A stretch of 64,000 nt of DNA, taken from positions 6,602-70,601 of the forward strand of contig CAWJYM010000006.1 of the NCBI GenBank assembly GCA_963847125.1. Direction: 5' to 3'. Under the pieces are notes generated by a model. It was not told where the DNA came from. It did no database searches and saw nothing but the letters and a program-made list of their open reading frames with translations. Numbering within the stretch: position 1 is the stretch's first letter; every line of letters begins with the position of its first letter. Of this stretch, positions 1 through 9,320 are shown one piece after another. Source of the DNA: an uncultured Acidobacteriota bacterium. Its GTDB lineage: Bacteria; Acidobacteriota; Vicinamibacteria; Vicinamibacterales; 2-12-FULL-66-21. Both the position numbers and the translations under genes were made by a program.

Positions 1-1114
1 CGATCCGGTCGATGAACTTGACGTTCCGCGGTTCGAGCGTCAGGCCCGTGTAGCGCTTGTCGAGCGCGCGCGCGACGGCCTCGGGGTGCGCCGCGATCTT
101 CTCGTCGAAGATATTGTCCTCGTGCAGGGCGATCACGCCGAGGCGCCAGCCCGTGCAGCCGAAGTACTTGCTGTAGGAATACACGCCGATCGTGTTCCTC
201 GGGAACTCGCCGAGGAGCGACCGGAATCCCGGAACGAACGTCCCGTAGACGTCGTCGGTGAGCAGCAGCAGGTCGGGGCGCTTTTTGAGGACGTCGCCGA
301 TCCGCGCGATCGAGTCGCGGCTGAGCGCCACGGCGTACGGGTTGCCCGGATTGACGACGAAGAAGGCCTTGACCTTGGGATCCAGCAGGGGCTTCAGATC
401 CTCCTCCGTGAACTGCCATCGCTGCTCCTGCCGTGCCTGGATGAACACCATCTTCAGGTCGTAGTCTTCGAGGTGCGGCATCTCGAGATACGGCGTGAAG
501 ATGGGGGTCACCATGGCGATCGTGTCGCCCGGGTTCAGGAGGCGATTCAGCTTGAGCGACTTGAAGATGTAGCACATCGCCGCCGTCCCGCCCTCGACCG
601 CGTACAGGGCGAACGTGCCCTTCGGCCGCGGCTCGCCGCACATGGCCCACTGCAGGTACTCGCGAACGATGCGTTCGTTGTGGACGAGCATCCGATCGGG
701 GACGGGGTAGTTATCGCCGATGATCGAATCGACCAGCTCGTGCACGAACGCGTCTGCGTTGAAGGCGAATGTCCTGACCGCCCAGGGAATGACGTTCTGC
801 AGGAACGTGGCGCCGGGCATGTCGGCGTGCGCCTTGAGCCAGGCGTCGAGGCGCGCGGCGACGCCCGGGGCCTTCGGCATGCCCCCCACGCCCGCTGGCA
901 GCTCCATGGTGCGCTGGCTTTCGGTAATGGCGAACTGGCCGAGCAGGAAGAAGCCCGAGCGCGGCTCGGTCGCGATCCAGTTCGGATTACCTCGTCCCGC
1001 GTTCAGATACGCGATCTGCGCGGCCTTGGCGCTCTTGGTCGCGATCTTCGCCAGATCGTTCTTGATTTCGAACGGGCTGAGCGTCTCGTACTGACGCAAC
1101 GTCACGGCATCCAT
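1..1114 (-). CDS. asdA: aspartate 4-decarboxylase (PLP-dependent AsdA/AspD type); C-terminus runs off the left edge
   Basis: Absent from the ORF track because it leaves the window. My minus-strand translation from ATG 1114 (GGAGA about 8 nt upstream) gives MDAVTLRQYETLSPFEIKNDLAKIA..LNAGRGNPNW..DNYPVPDRML..AVEGGTAAMCYIF..FVVNPGNPYAV..LLTDDVYGTF..YSYSKYFGCTGWRLGV. This is colinear with aspartate 4-decarboxylases as I remember them. Confidence 0.8.
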   Translation of the reverse strand, partial: MDAVTLRQYETLSPFEIKNDLAKIATKSAKAAQIAYLNAGRGNPNWIATEPRSGFFLLGQFAITESQRTMELPAGVGGMPKAPGVAARLDAWLKAHADMPGATFLQNVIPWAVRTFAFNADAFVHELVDSIIGDNYPVPDRMLVHNERIVREYLQWAMCGEPRPKGTFALYAVEGGTAAMCYIFKSLKLNRLLNPGDTIAMVTPIFTPYLEMPHLEDYDLKMVFIQARQEQRWQFTEEDLKPLLDPKVKAFFVVNPGNPYAVALSRDSIARIGDVLKKRPDLLLLTDDVYGTFVPGFRSLLGEFPRNTIGVYSYSKYFGCTGWRLGVIALHEDNIFDEKIAAHPEAVARALDKRYTGLTLEPRNVKFIDRI

Positions 1115-1141
1115 AGTCCGTCTCCTGCTCTCGCGAGCCTT

Positions 1142-2845
1142 CTAGCCGAATCTGCTCATCACGAGCACGATGGCCATCCCGAAAATCGTGAGGAGCGTGT
1201 TGCCGATCGCGTAGGGCATCCCGTAGCCCAGCGCCGGGACCTTGCTTCTGGCCGCATCCTGAATCATGCCGAGCGCCGCGGTCGTCGTTCGCACGCCGGC
1301 GCAGACGCCGAACAGGATCGCCGGGTCGAACTTGAAGACGTGGTACCCGAGCAGAATCCCGATGACGAGCGGCACCGAGGTCGCCACGACGCCCCACACG
1401 AAGAGGCTCAGACCCACCTGCTGCAGGCCGGTCACGAACGCCGGCCCCGCGTTGATCCCGACGACGGCAATGAAGACATTGAGGCCGAGGGTGTTCATCA
1501 GGTTCAGGGCCGCGGCCGGAATGCGCCCGAATGTCGGACGAACCGCCCGGAGATACCCGAGGATCAGACCCGCCAGCAGCGCGCCGCCCGACGTCGACAG
1601 CCCGATGGGAATCCCTTTCCAGTTCACACTGAGCGCCCCCACCAGACCGCCGATCACGATCCCCCCGGCGACGGTCATGAGATCCGTCGATTCCAGCGGT
1701 CGATCTGCGTAGCCGAGGGCCCTGGCGGCTTCCTCGACATGCCGCGTGGTGCCCACGACCGAGAGGATGTCGCCCCGCAACACTTCCAGCTCGGGGAGAA
1801 TCGGCAGCTCCACCATGTTCCGCGTGATTCGCCGGAGGTAGACGCCCCGTGCGAATGGCTGGTCGGCCAGTTGCCGCAGCGTCGTGCCGCTCATCGCCTT
1901 GTTCGTGACGAAGATGTCCATCGCGGTCGCCGGGACCTGCAGCAGGCTGGGGTCGTGCACCTCCGGGATCGCGGGTTCGACGTGCTCGACCAGCGCGGCA
2001 TGCGGGCCCGAAATGGCGACGACGTCCCCCGGCGCGAGGACCGTGTCCGGTCCCGCCTCAATCACGGCGTCGCCGCGCCGGACCCGTTCGACGAAGACAC
2101 GAAGGCCCGGGAAGAGATCGCGCACGGGTCGGCCGGTCAGGGCGGATGCGGCGTCGACGCGGTACGCGCGGATCTCGATCGCGCGGTAGGCCGAGAAGAC
2201 GCCCGGATCGAACTCGACGGTCCCACCGCCGAGACGGCGTTCGTACGCGACGCAGGCCGCCGGCAGGTCGATGCCGATCAGCTTCGGGCCGAGCTGCGCG
2301 AGCAGGATCGCCGATCCAATCGTGCCGAAGATGTAGGTCACGGCGTAGCCGATGGGCACGGCGTCGGTGTATCGCTTCGCCTCTGCCGCCGCCAGGCCCA
2401 GCCGCTCGATCTGGTCCGAGGCGACGCCAATCGACGCGGAGATGGTCTGCGAGCCGGCATAGAGGCCGGCCGCGTAGCCCAGGTCGAGACCGGCCACGAG
2501 AGCGCACAGAATCGGGACGACCAGGCAGAGAGCGAGCACGACCAGCGAGAACGCGATCTGCCGGGGCCCGTCGCTGCCGAGCCCTCGGAAGAACTGCGGG
2601 CCGACGCCGTAGCCGACCGCGAAGAGAAACATGAGAAAGAAGGTGGACTTGATCGGTCCTTCGATCGCAAGCCCAAGCTGGCCGATCAGGATGGCCGCCA
2701 GGAGCGTGGCGGTCACGCTGCCGAGCGAGAATCCCGCAAGTTTCCGTGGACCGATCCCGAACCCGGCCGCCAGCGCAAGGAAGACGGCGAGCTCGGGATA
2801 GGCCCGCAGGGTCGCGACGAACCAGCTCCAGACGGCGAGATCCAT
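1142..2845 (-). CDS. aspT: aspartate:alanine exchanger family transporter (AAEx, YidE/YbjL-type duplication with two central RCK_C-like domains)
   Basis: Intact 567-aa ORF. Hydrophobic halves flank two soluble repeats (PGDVVAISGP.., RGDILSVVGT..). It lies 27 nt upstream of asdA, the classical aspT-aspD pairing. Confidence 0.7.
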   Translation of the reverse strand: MDLAVWSWFVATLRAYPELAVFLALAAGFGIGPRKLAGFSLGSVTATLLAAILIGQLGLAIEGPIKSTFFLMFLFAVGYGVGPQFFRGLGSDGPRQIAFSLVVLALCLVVPILCALVAGLDLGYAAGLYAGSQTISASIGVASDQIERLGLAAAEAKRYTDAVPIGYAVTYIFGTIGSAILLAQLGPKLIGIDLPAACVAYERRLGGGTVEFDPGVFSAYRAIEIRAYRVDAASALTGRPVRDLFPGLRVFVERVRRGDAVIEAGPDTVLAPGDVVAISGPHAALVEHVEPAIPEVHDPSLLQVPATAMDIFVTNKAMSGTTLRQLADQPFARGVYLRRITRNMVELPILPELEVLRGDILSVVGTTRHVEEAARALGYADRPLESTDLMTVAGGIVIGGLVGALSVNWKGIPIGLSTSGGALLAGLILGYLRAVRPTFGRIPAAALNLMNTLGLNVFIAVVGINAGPAFVTGLQQVGLSLFVWGVVATSVPLVIGILLGYHVFKFDPAILFGVCAGVRTTTAALGMIQDAARSKVPALGYGMPYAIGNTLLTIFGMAIVLVMSRFG

Positions 2846-2856
2846 CGCGTCCCCGG

Positions 2857-3933
2857 TCAGTACTTGTCGAAGAGTTCCTGGACCTTCTTCGGGTCCGAGG
2901 ACTGGGTCAGCGCGAGCTTCAGCAGCACACGCGACTTGGATGGGTTGAGCTCCTTCGACACCACCGTGCCGGTCTTGTCGTCATCCACCTCGATATTTCG
3001 GCGGACGATTCCCTCCCCCACTCGCGTCGATCGCACGACGACGACACCCTTTGCGAGCGCGCGCTTGACCGCCTCGAGCGCCGGCGTCGTCATGTTGCCG
3101 TCGCCGACGCCGGCGATGACGATCCCTTTCGCGCCGCCCGCGACGGCGGCATCGATCAGGTCGGGAGACATCCCGGCGTGCGCGTAAATGACGTCCACGC
3201 GCGGCAGGGTCTGGCCCGCGGTCACCTTGAATGGCGTCGCGGTCGTGTGCGCCCGTGCCGGCGACCGGGAGAACTCGCGGTCATCGAACAGACACACGCC
3301 AATCAACCCCGCTTCAGGGGAGACGAACGTCTCGACGTCGGTGGTGTGCCGCTTGGTGATGGCGCGCGCCCCGTGGATGTCGTCGTTGGCCACGACCAGC
3401 ACGCCCCGGCCCTTGGCCCGCGGATCGCCCGCGACGCCGACGGCGTTGTAGATGTTCAGCGGGCCGTCGGCGCTGAGCGACGTGGACGGGCGCATCGAGC
3501 CGGTCAGCACCACCGGCTTGTCGCTCTTCACGACCAGATTGAGGAAATAGGCCGTCTCCTCCATCGTGTCGGTGCCGTGCGTGATCGCCACGCCGTCGAC
3601 ATCGGACTTCGCCAGCAGACCATTGACCTCGGTCGCGAGCTTCACCCAGAGCTCGTCGTTCATGTCCTGGCTGCCGACCGACGACACCTGCACGCCGCGC
3701 ACGTCCGCGAACTTCTTCATCTGCGGCACGGCGTTGATCAGCGTCTCCACCGCGACCGCGCCGGACTTGTATCCAGCCGCGGTCGTGGATTCGGCCGAGC
3801 CGGCGATGGTCCCGCCGGTGGCGACGATGACGATCCTGGGCTTGGCTCCCTGCGCGCCGGCCGGGACTGTGCGAATCACGACGGCACCAGCCACGGCCGC
3901 GGCCAGGGACACATACAAAACGTTCCGGTACAT
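2857..3933 (-). CDS. ansB: periplasmic type II L-asparaginase
   Basis: ORF 2857..4173 trimmed to ATG 3933, giving the signal peptide MYRNVLYVSLAAAVAGAVVIRTVPAGAQG. Motifs IVATGGTIAG and ITHGTDTMEETAYFLNL are present. Confidence 0.85.
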   Translation of the reverse strand: MYRNVLYVSLAAAVAGAVVIRTVPAGAQGAKPRIVIVATGGTIAGSAESTTAAGYKSGAVAVETLINAVPQMKKFADVRGVQVSSVGSQDMNDELWVKLATEVNGLLAKSDVDGVAITHGTDTMEETAYFLNLVVKSDKPVVLTGSMRPSTSLSADGPLNIYNAVGVAGDPRAKGRGVLVVANDDIHGARAITKRHTTDVETFVSPEAGLIGVCLFDDREFSRSPARAHTTATPFKVTAGQTLPRVDVIYAHAGMSPDLIDAAVAGGAKGIVIAGVGDGNMTTPALEAVKRALAKGVVVVRSTRVGEGIVRRNIEVDDDKTGTVVSKELNPSKSRVLLKLALTQSSDPKKVQELFDKY

Positions 3934-3955
3934 GTTGACCTCTGAACTTTCTGCG

Positions 3956-5024
3956 TCAGCTTCCGCTCTTCCTCGCCGCGTACGGATTTCCGCCCAGCGC
4001 ATTCGAGATGTCGGTGATCGCCCGCTGCGCGCGCACGCTGTTGCCCGCATCGTCGAGCGGCGGGGACACGACGGCGATGCCGAACTTGCCCGGCGAGACG
4101 GCGATGATGCCGCCGCCGACGCCGCTCTTGGCCGGCAGTCCCGTCGCATAGAGCCACTTGCCCGAGTCGTCATAGAGTCCGGCCGTCGCCATCACGGCGA
4201 GTACGCCGGGCACCCTGGCCGGGTCCATCACCTGCTTGCCCGTGACGGGGTTCCTGCCGCCAAACGCCAGCGTGGCCGCCATCATCGCCAGATCGTTCGC
4301 GTTGACCCCGATCGAGCACTGGCGCGTGTAGAGATCGACCGCCTGCTGCCAGTTGTTCTTGATGTAGCCGTAGGCGAGCATGAGCGCGCCGATCGCCTGG
4401 TTGCGCTGGTTCGTGTCGGACTCCGACTTGTAGACGTCCTGGAGCACGCTCAGCTGGCGTCCCGCGGCGTCGTTGTGGAAGCCGATGATCTTCTTCCAGA
4501 CCTCGTCGGACGAGGATCCCGTCACCATGCTGGTCGCCGAGATGGCGCCTGGATTCACCAGCGGGTTCATCTCCGGCGCGCCCGTCCCGACGACGGTCCG
4601 GACGCCCTCGATCGCGATGATCGAATTGAAGCGCGCGCCCGTCGCGTCGACGCCGATGCGCTTCGCGACGGAATCCAGCCCCTGTTCCTGGATGACCTGC
4701 GCCATCGTGAAGACCTTCGAGATCGACTGGATCGAGACCTCGGTCTTCACGTCGCCCGCGGAGAAGACCTTGCCGTCCGCGGTCACGACGGCGATGCCGA
4801 ACAGGTTCGGGTCGACCTTCGCCAGGGCCGGGATGTAGTCCGCGTTCTTGCCTTCCTTCAGCGTCCTGAACTTCCCATAGGCCGCGTCAACGGCCTGTTG
4901 CACCTGGGAGGATGAGGCGGGCTGGGGTGGAGTGGGCGCCTGCGCGCCGAGCGACGGCATGCCCAGGGCCAGCAGCGCCGAGCAGCCCCGCCCCGAGAGA
5001 AACACGCCGATTCCGTCGATTCAT
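3956..5024 (-). CDS. glsA: glutaminase A with N-terminal signal peptide (probable 1-nt indel near 5003)
   Basis: ORF 3956..5005 carries YIPALAKVDP and the SxxK motif QSISKVFT. GGAGG-N6-ATG at 5024 opens MNRRNRR in a neighbouring frame, so the real start is probably 5024 with a frameshift a few codons in. Confidence 0.8.
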
Positions 5025-5026
5025 GA

Positions 5027-6286
5027 TCAACCTCCAAGCTTCCACGAGAAGTTGTATTTGAACGAGAACTGCACCTTGACGCCGTCGCTCGTGAACCCGT
5101 CCGAGAAGTTCTCGCGGCGGCCCCACTGGAATTCGCCGGCGACCATCACATTCGGGGCGGGGTAGTGGACGAGGTTGCCCACCACGTAGTGACCCGTCCT
5201 GAAGGCGCTGGGCGCCTGCGCGTCGGTGTTGTCGTTCTCCTGCCACGAGTAGCCGATCGAGGTGCTGTATTCCTCGCTGAAGGAGTGATCGAGAAACGCG
5301 ACGATGCCGAGGATCGGGACCGGTTCGCCGACGACCGGCGTCACCGGGTTGGAAAGGTTATTGGCGATGCCGATGTCTATGGGAGAGTCGTTCATGTAGT
5401 TCTGAATGCCCTCGCCAAACACGAACTGCAACCGGATCGTGCTCGCCTTGCTCGGCTTGAGGTTCGAGCTGAGGTTGATGCCCCATCCCCAGGCATCGCC
5501 CGAGAGGTCGAATTGATCGTCGAGGACGTCGTCCCACTTGATCAGCCGGAGCATGCCGGCGGCTCTGCAGGTAGCCCCAGTCCTGTGAGTACTTGTAGGC
5601 GCCGGAGAAGTCGGGCAGCGGGAATCGTGCCCGGATGTTCTGCAGCTCCACACGGTCCGCATAGACGCCCGAGTCGCCGCTCGCGCCGGGCCGCTCGACG
5701 GCGAGCGTGAGGCTTGGCGGTTGGCATCCAGCGGACCTGCACGTTGCGAAACAACACCATGCCGGTGGGTCCCCAGTACTCGACAATGTTCGGGAAGACG
5801 TCCGGATCCATGAACGGGCTCCACCACTGGCCCGCCCCGAATTGTCCGAGCTCGCCATATGCGTGGCGGAGGCGGAACGTGGTCTGCCCCTCGTCCACGC
5901 CCACGCCGAACAGCTCGAACTCGAACGTGGTCTTCAGGTCGCCCACCGCCGTCGGCGTGGTCGATCGCACGCCCAGGCGGCTCTGCCGGACGCCGGCGAA
6001 CGTGCTGCCGTCCTCGCCGAACTGATTCTCGAATGAGGGCAGCCTGGTGAGACGCAGCGTGTCGAACCAGTTCGGGTTGATCTGCGTGAAGTTCCCGCCG
6101 ATGTCGAGCATCGCGAAGCCGTAGATCTCGAAGCTCGGCTTCGTTTCCTGCGGGCATGCTCGGAGGCGCAGGTGCTGGCCTGCTGGGCTGCGTCTCCTGC
6201 GCGCGCGCGATCGAGGAGCCGCCGACGATCAGAAACGCCGTCAGCCAGATCAAACCGGTATGCCGGTTCGTCGGTGTTCGTCGCAT
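5027..6286 (-). CDS. outer-membrane porin (DcaP-like beta-barrel), reading frame broken at least 3 times
   Basis: AAGGAGAG SD plus ATG 6286 gives the signal peptide MRRTPTNRHTGLIWLTAFLIVGGSSIARAQE. It continues in other frames as FEIYGFAMLDIGGNFTQINPNWFD.. (ORF 5542..6111), ..FPLPDFSGAYKYSQDWGYLQ (ORF 5358..5858) and ..FSFKYNFSWKLGG (tail of ORF 5027..7204). Confidence 0.55.
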   Translation of the reverse strand: MRRTPTNRHTGLIWLTAFLIVGGSSIARAQETQPSRPAPAPPSMPAGNEAELRDLRLRDARHRRELHADQPELVRHAASHQAALIRESVRRGRQHVRRRPAEPPGRAIDHADGGGRPEDHVRVRAVRRGRGRGADHVPPPPRIWRARTIRGGPVVEPVHGSGRLPEHCRVLGTHRHGVVSQRAGPLDANRQASRSPSSGPARAATRASMRTVWSCRTSGHDSRCPTSPAPTSTHRTGATCRAAGMLRLIKWDDVLDDQFDLSGDAWGWGINLSSNLKPSKASTIRLQFVFGEGIQNYMNDSPIDIGIANNLSNPVTPVVGEPVPILGIVAFLDHSFSEEYSTSIGYSWQENDNTDAQAPSAFRTGHYVVGNLVHYPAPNVMVAGEFQWGRRENFSDGFTSDGVKVQFSFKYNFSWKLGG

Positions 6287-6312
6287 GTCTGTCTCTCCTT
6301 GTCTGAGTGCAT

Positions 6313-7445
6313 TCATTGCGACGTTTGCCTTTTCCCACGCGCGGACACGGCGCCGGCCTTCGTCGAAGATCCGCTCGTAATTGCCCTTCCGGACTTTCAG
6401 GCTCGCGTCCGGCGTGAGCAGGCGCCAGACCGGCGCCCACATGTCGAACACGGCGAAATACGGCGCCGGACCGGCCGGCGCCACGGTGTCGGTTCCGAAG
6501 AGGAACCGGTCGGGATACTTGTTGAGCATCGCCGCCACGCGCTTGACGGACTCCGGCGAGGCCACCGCGTACTTGGCGACCTCGTCCCAGGAGATATCGA
6601 AGCTCACATGGGCGAGCGCCGGATCGGTGAGCATCGCCTCGACGATCCCGACGTGCGTGGGCGTGCGCTCGGCCGCCTCGGCCGACACCCGCACCGGATG
6701 GACGATCCGTCCGAGGCCGATGTGCGCCCAGATGATGGTCGTCTTCGGGTGGCGCTTGAGCAGCGCTTTCATCTGAGACAGGTACACCGGCTCCGCGTCG
6801 GTCTTCGCGAACGGCATGTCGATGTCGTTGTGGAGGATCACGACGAGGCCCGACTCTGCGGCGAAGTCGAGGATGCGGTCGAGCGCGGGATTGGTGAGGC
6901 TGGCCGTCTCGCCGGAGATCTTGGCCGAGACGAATTCCTTGTGGATGCTGAACTCGCCGATGCCGGAGAAGACGCCGGGAAACGCCTTCAGCACCCGCCG
7001 GATGTGATCGACGCCGTACATGTCGGCCGGGTTGAAGCCGGTGATCATCGGATCGAAGCGCGCCTGTTCCTCCTTCGAGAGCGAGCGATAGACGGCCGCG
7101 ATGTACGCGTCGGTGAACGAGTAGTAGTAGAGCGGCGCGTCGCTCTGCAGGTAGTAGGTCGGCGCGAAGTCGCCGGAATTGCCGTACGACCACTGCTGCT
7201 GCAAGCGGGATGCCGAAGAGCGTCGAGCGGCCGACGCGGTTCCCCATGATCTTGAGGAACTGACGCGGCTCGATGCCCTCCTGGATGTAGTTCGTCAGGT
7301 GGAAATGGGAGTCGTTGAAACCGTCGGCCGGTCCCTGTCCCTGCGCGCCGGTGGGACGCGCGAGAAACATCGCGGACAACGTCAGGCTCGCGAGGGCAGC
7401 CAGGAAGACGGCCGACCGGGACGACAGGTGGCGAAGGATCTTCAT
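6313..7445 (-). CDS. secreted metal-dependent amidohydrolase (TIM-barrel, Amidohydro_2-like), two frame breaks
   Basis: ATG 7445 gives MKILRHLSSRSAVFLAALASLTLSAMFLARPTGAQG..DSHFHLTNY. The frame switches near 7205 into ORF 5027..7204 (QQQWSYGNSGDF..HNDIDMP..WAHIGLG..FGTDTV). No in-frame stop precedes the next gene. Removing one A of the A4 run (6330..6333) gives a stop at 6313. Confidence 0.6.
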
Positions 7446-7452
7446 AGATCGA

Positions 7453-9031
7453 TCAGAAATTCATCTCGAGATTGATGTGGAAGACGGGTCCCTTGGACCC
7501 GACCGCGTACGGATAGGCGGTATATCCGACCGGAGACCCGTTCACGTACATCAACTCTCCGTTCACTCGCAGCCCCCGCTCCTTCATGAAGTACCAATTG
7601 GCCCCGCCCCGCACTTCCCAGGGGTCGCCGAAGTCGCCGTACACCTGCGAGGTGCCGAAGTACACCTGAAGGATCCTCGGAACGGCCATCGCGGAGGCCT
7701 GCAGCTGATAGCCGGTGTCGTCGATGTTCGGGATGCTGCCGGTGTTGAGGCCGGTGAAGTTCCTCAACCAGCGCCAGTACACCTCGCCTTCGAGCGCGAT
7801 GCCCTTGTACTTGACGCCGGCGTCGATGCTCACCATGTGGTAGTCCACCTCGTTGACGGTGATCCCCTGGCCGAAGAGGTCGGGCGTGAAGATGATGCTG
7901 CCGTCAGACAGACGGATCTGGCTGTTCTCGATCGACTCGGTGCCCGGCTGGCTCTGTCGCTCCTCGAGGCTGTGCGTGTAGTGCAGGCCGACCCGCGTGG
8001 CGACCTTCTGGTGATCGTCGTAGTCGCCGAACGTGTTCCACAGGCCGAACTCGCCGGTCGTGGGCAGCCACACCAGGGAGTACGATTGCGTATCGAACTT
8101 GTTGTCGAGTTGCGCGGCGCTCACGCCGAGCGTGCTCAGATTGTTCCCGACCATCACCTGGTACTTGAGCTCGGTCTGGAACTCGCCTTTCAGCCACACG
8201 CCACGTCGTGTACGAGCCCCTGAAGAACTCGTCGGCGATCAGGCGATTGTCGACGCCCAGCCAGTACGGGAACTGGCCCTCCGTACTCCGTACCGACGGC
8301 AGTGAAGTGATACCGGCACCGACGGCGATGTGCCTGTTGAAGCTGAACGTGAGGTTTCCCGCGCCGACGACCTGTGCCGGATCGCCCTGCGACGTATTCG
8401 CGGACCAGACATAGAGGTAGTAACGGAACTTCGGCGTGAGAAACCATCCGGAGAATGGCGCGAAGAACTTCTGCAACTGCACGTCCTGGCGCCGTTGCAC
8501 CGTTTTTGTGTTGCCGAACGCGTCGACATAGGTCTCGTCCAGATTTCTCTGGTTCAAGTACCTCGCGTAGCTGAAGAGCCGAAAATAGATCTGGCCCTTC
8601 TCGCCGTCGACGAGCAGGAACCCGACGTTGGGAATGTACTGAAGCGGCTTCGGCTTCGTCGTCTCCGGCTGTGCGGCCTGGCCGGTGATGAACTCGCCGC
8701 TGCAGCCGTCGGAGACCCAGATGTTCGTCTGATCGTAGCCCCACGTTCGTCCGAGCAGACACGCTGACTCGCCGGTCGAGCGCTGCAGCACGACGCCCGC
8801 CGACGTGTCGGCCGCGCAGTTCGTGCGTTCTCCGGGCTTCGACGCGCACAAAATGGAGACCGCCGCCAGCTGCGCGGCGGCCTGGGCCGTGCGGCGCAGC
8901 GCCGGCCCCGGTCGGCGGCGCCGACGTCTCTTGCGCGCTGATCGAAGAAGTCGAAAGCAGGAAAAAGGCGGCGGTGACGGCGCGCGTCTCTGAATCGCGC
9001 GTGGATTCCGGGCCAGTAGCAGTCTAATCAT
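7453..9031 (-). CDS. DUF3011-like Cys domain fused to a porin-type beta-barrel (frame breaks near 8203 and in the signal-peptide region)
   Basis: ORF 7904..9061 contains CASKPGERTNCAADTSAGVVLQRSTGESACLLGRTWGYDQTNIWVSDGCSGEF, which fits the DUF3011 pattern. This is followed by beta-strand-rich sequence that continues in ORF 7453..8199 and ends ..HINLEMNF. Confidence 0.5.
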
Positions 9032-9044
9032 CCGCTGTGCGCTC

Positions 9045-9060
9045 AGCACGCGCGGTGCCA
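9045..9060 (-). promoter_or_regulatory. sigma-54 (-24/-12) promoter candidate P1, reading leftward into the porin/Asn-Gln-Asp operon
   Basis: The minus strand reads TGGCACCGCGCGTGCT. GG (9059/9058) and GC (9047/9046) are 12 nt apart. The site is intergenic and correctly oriented. Confidence 0.6.
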
Positions 9061-9152
9061 CGCACAGTCAGCCGGACCAACGCCGTCCAAGTCGTTGACC
9101 GCGAACGAGTCCCGCGAGCGACCGAGCTACGGACTCACGGCTGGCCCTCCGA

Positions 9153-9180
9153 TATTCCGGAGCACCTCCGGTATAACGGC
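9153..9180. promoter_or_regulatory. 28-bp conserved site A (putative enhancer/UAS)
   Basis: TATTCCGGAGCACCTCCGGTATAACGGC. It shares ATTCCGG-N5-CTCCG-N6-CGG with sites at 19888, 31181 and 37339, and lies about 105 bp from both flanking -24 elements. Confidence 0.55.
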
Positions 9181-9268
9181 AGGTTCCACCCGCGCGAAGG
9201 GGCGTCCGGGATCGCGCAATCTTCCCGGCACCCAACCGGTTAGACTGTTCGCGTACCCGCGGTGCGTC

Positions 9269-9284
9269 TGGCATGTCGGGTGCT
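9269..9284 (+). promoter_or_regulatory. sigma-54 promoter candidate P2 for the lipoprotein-porin pair
   Basis: TGGCATGTCGGGTGCT, with GG at 9270/71 and GC at 9282/83. Predicted +1 is about 9295. AAGGAGAGAGG SD and ATG at 9321. Confidence 0.6.
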
Positions 9285-9320
9285 CACGTTCGATTCAGAT
9301 CTGGGCTAAGGAGAGAGGAA

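Noticed and set aside
221-234. CCGGAATCCCGGAA, which resembles the TCCGG-N-AT-N-CCGGA half of the conserved site.
   Set aside because: It lies inside asdA coding sequence (encoding ..PGFRS..), lacks the left half of the motif, and has no promoter context.
86-3187. 1033-aa plus-strand ORF, the longest in the left part of the track. Similar giants occur at 51700..54258, 37907..40108, 24481..26160 and 5934..7445.
   Set aside because: These are Arg/Gly/Asp/Pro-rich, low-information translations lying antisense to genes with clear family motifs (asdA, aspT, ansB, the kinase and others). They are typical stop-poor shadow frames of high-GC DNA.
9003-9012. GATTCCGGGCC, a partial match to the motif's left half.
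   Set aside because: The CTCCG element does not follow at the required spacing, and the sequence lies within the 5' end of the porin gene.
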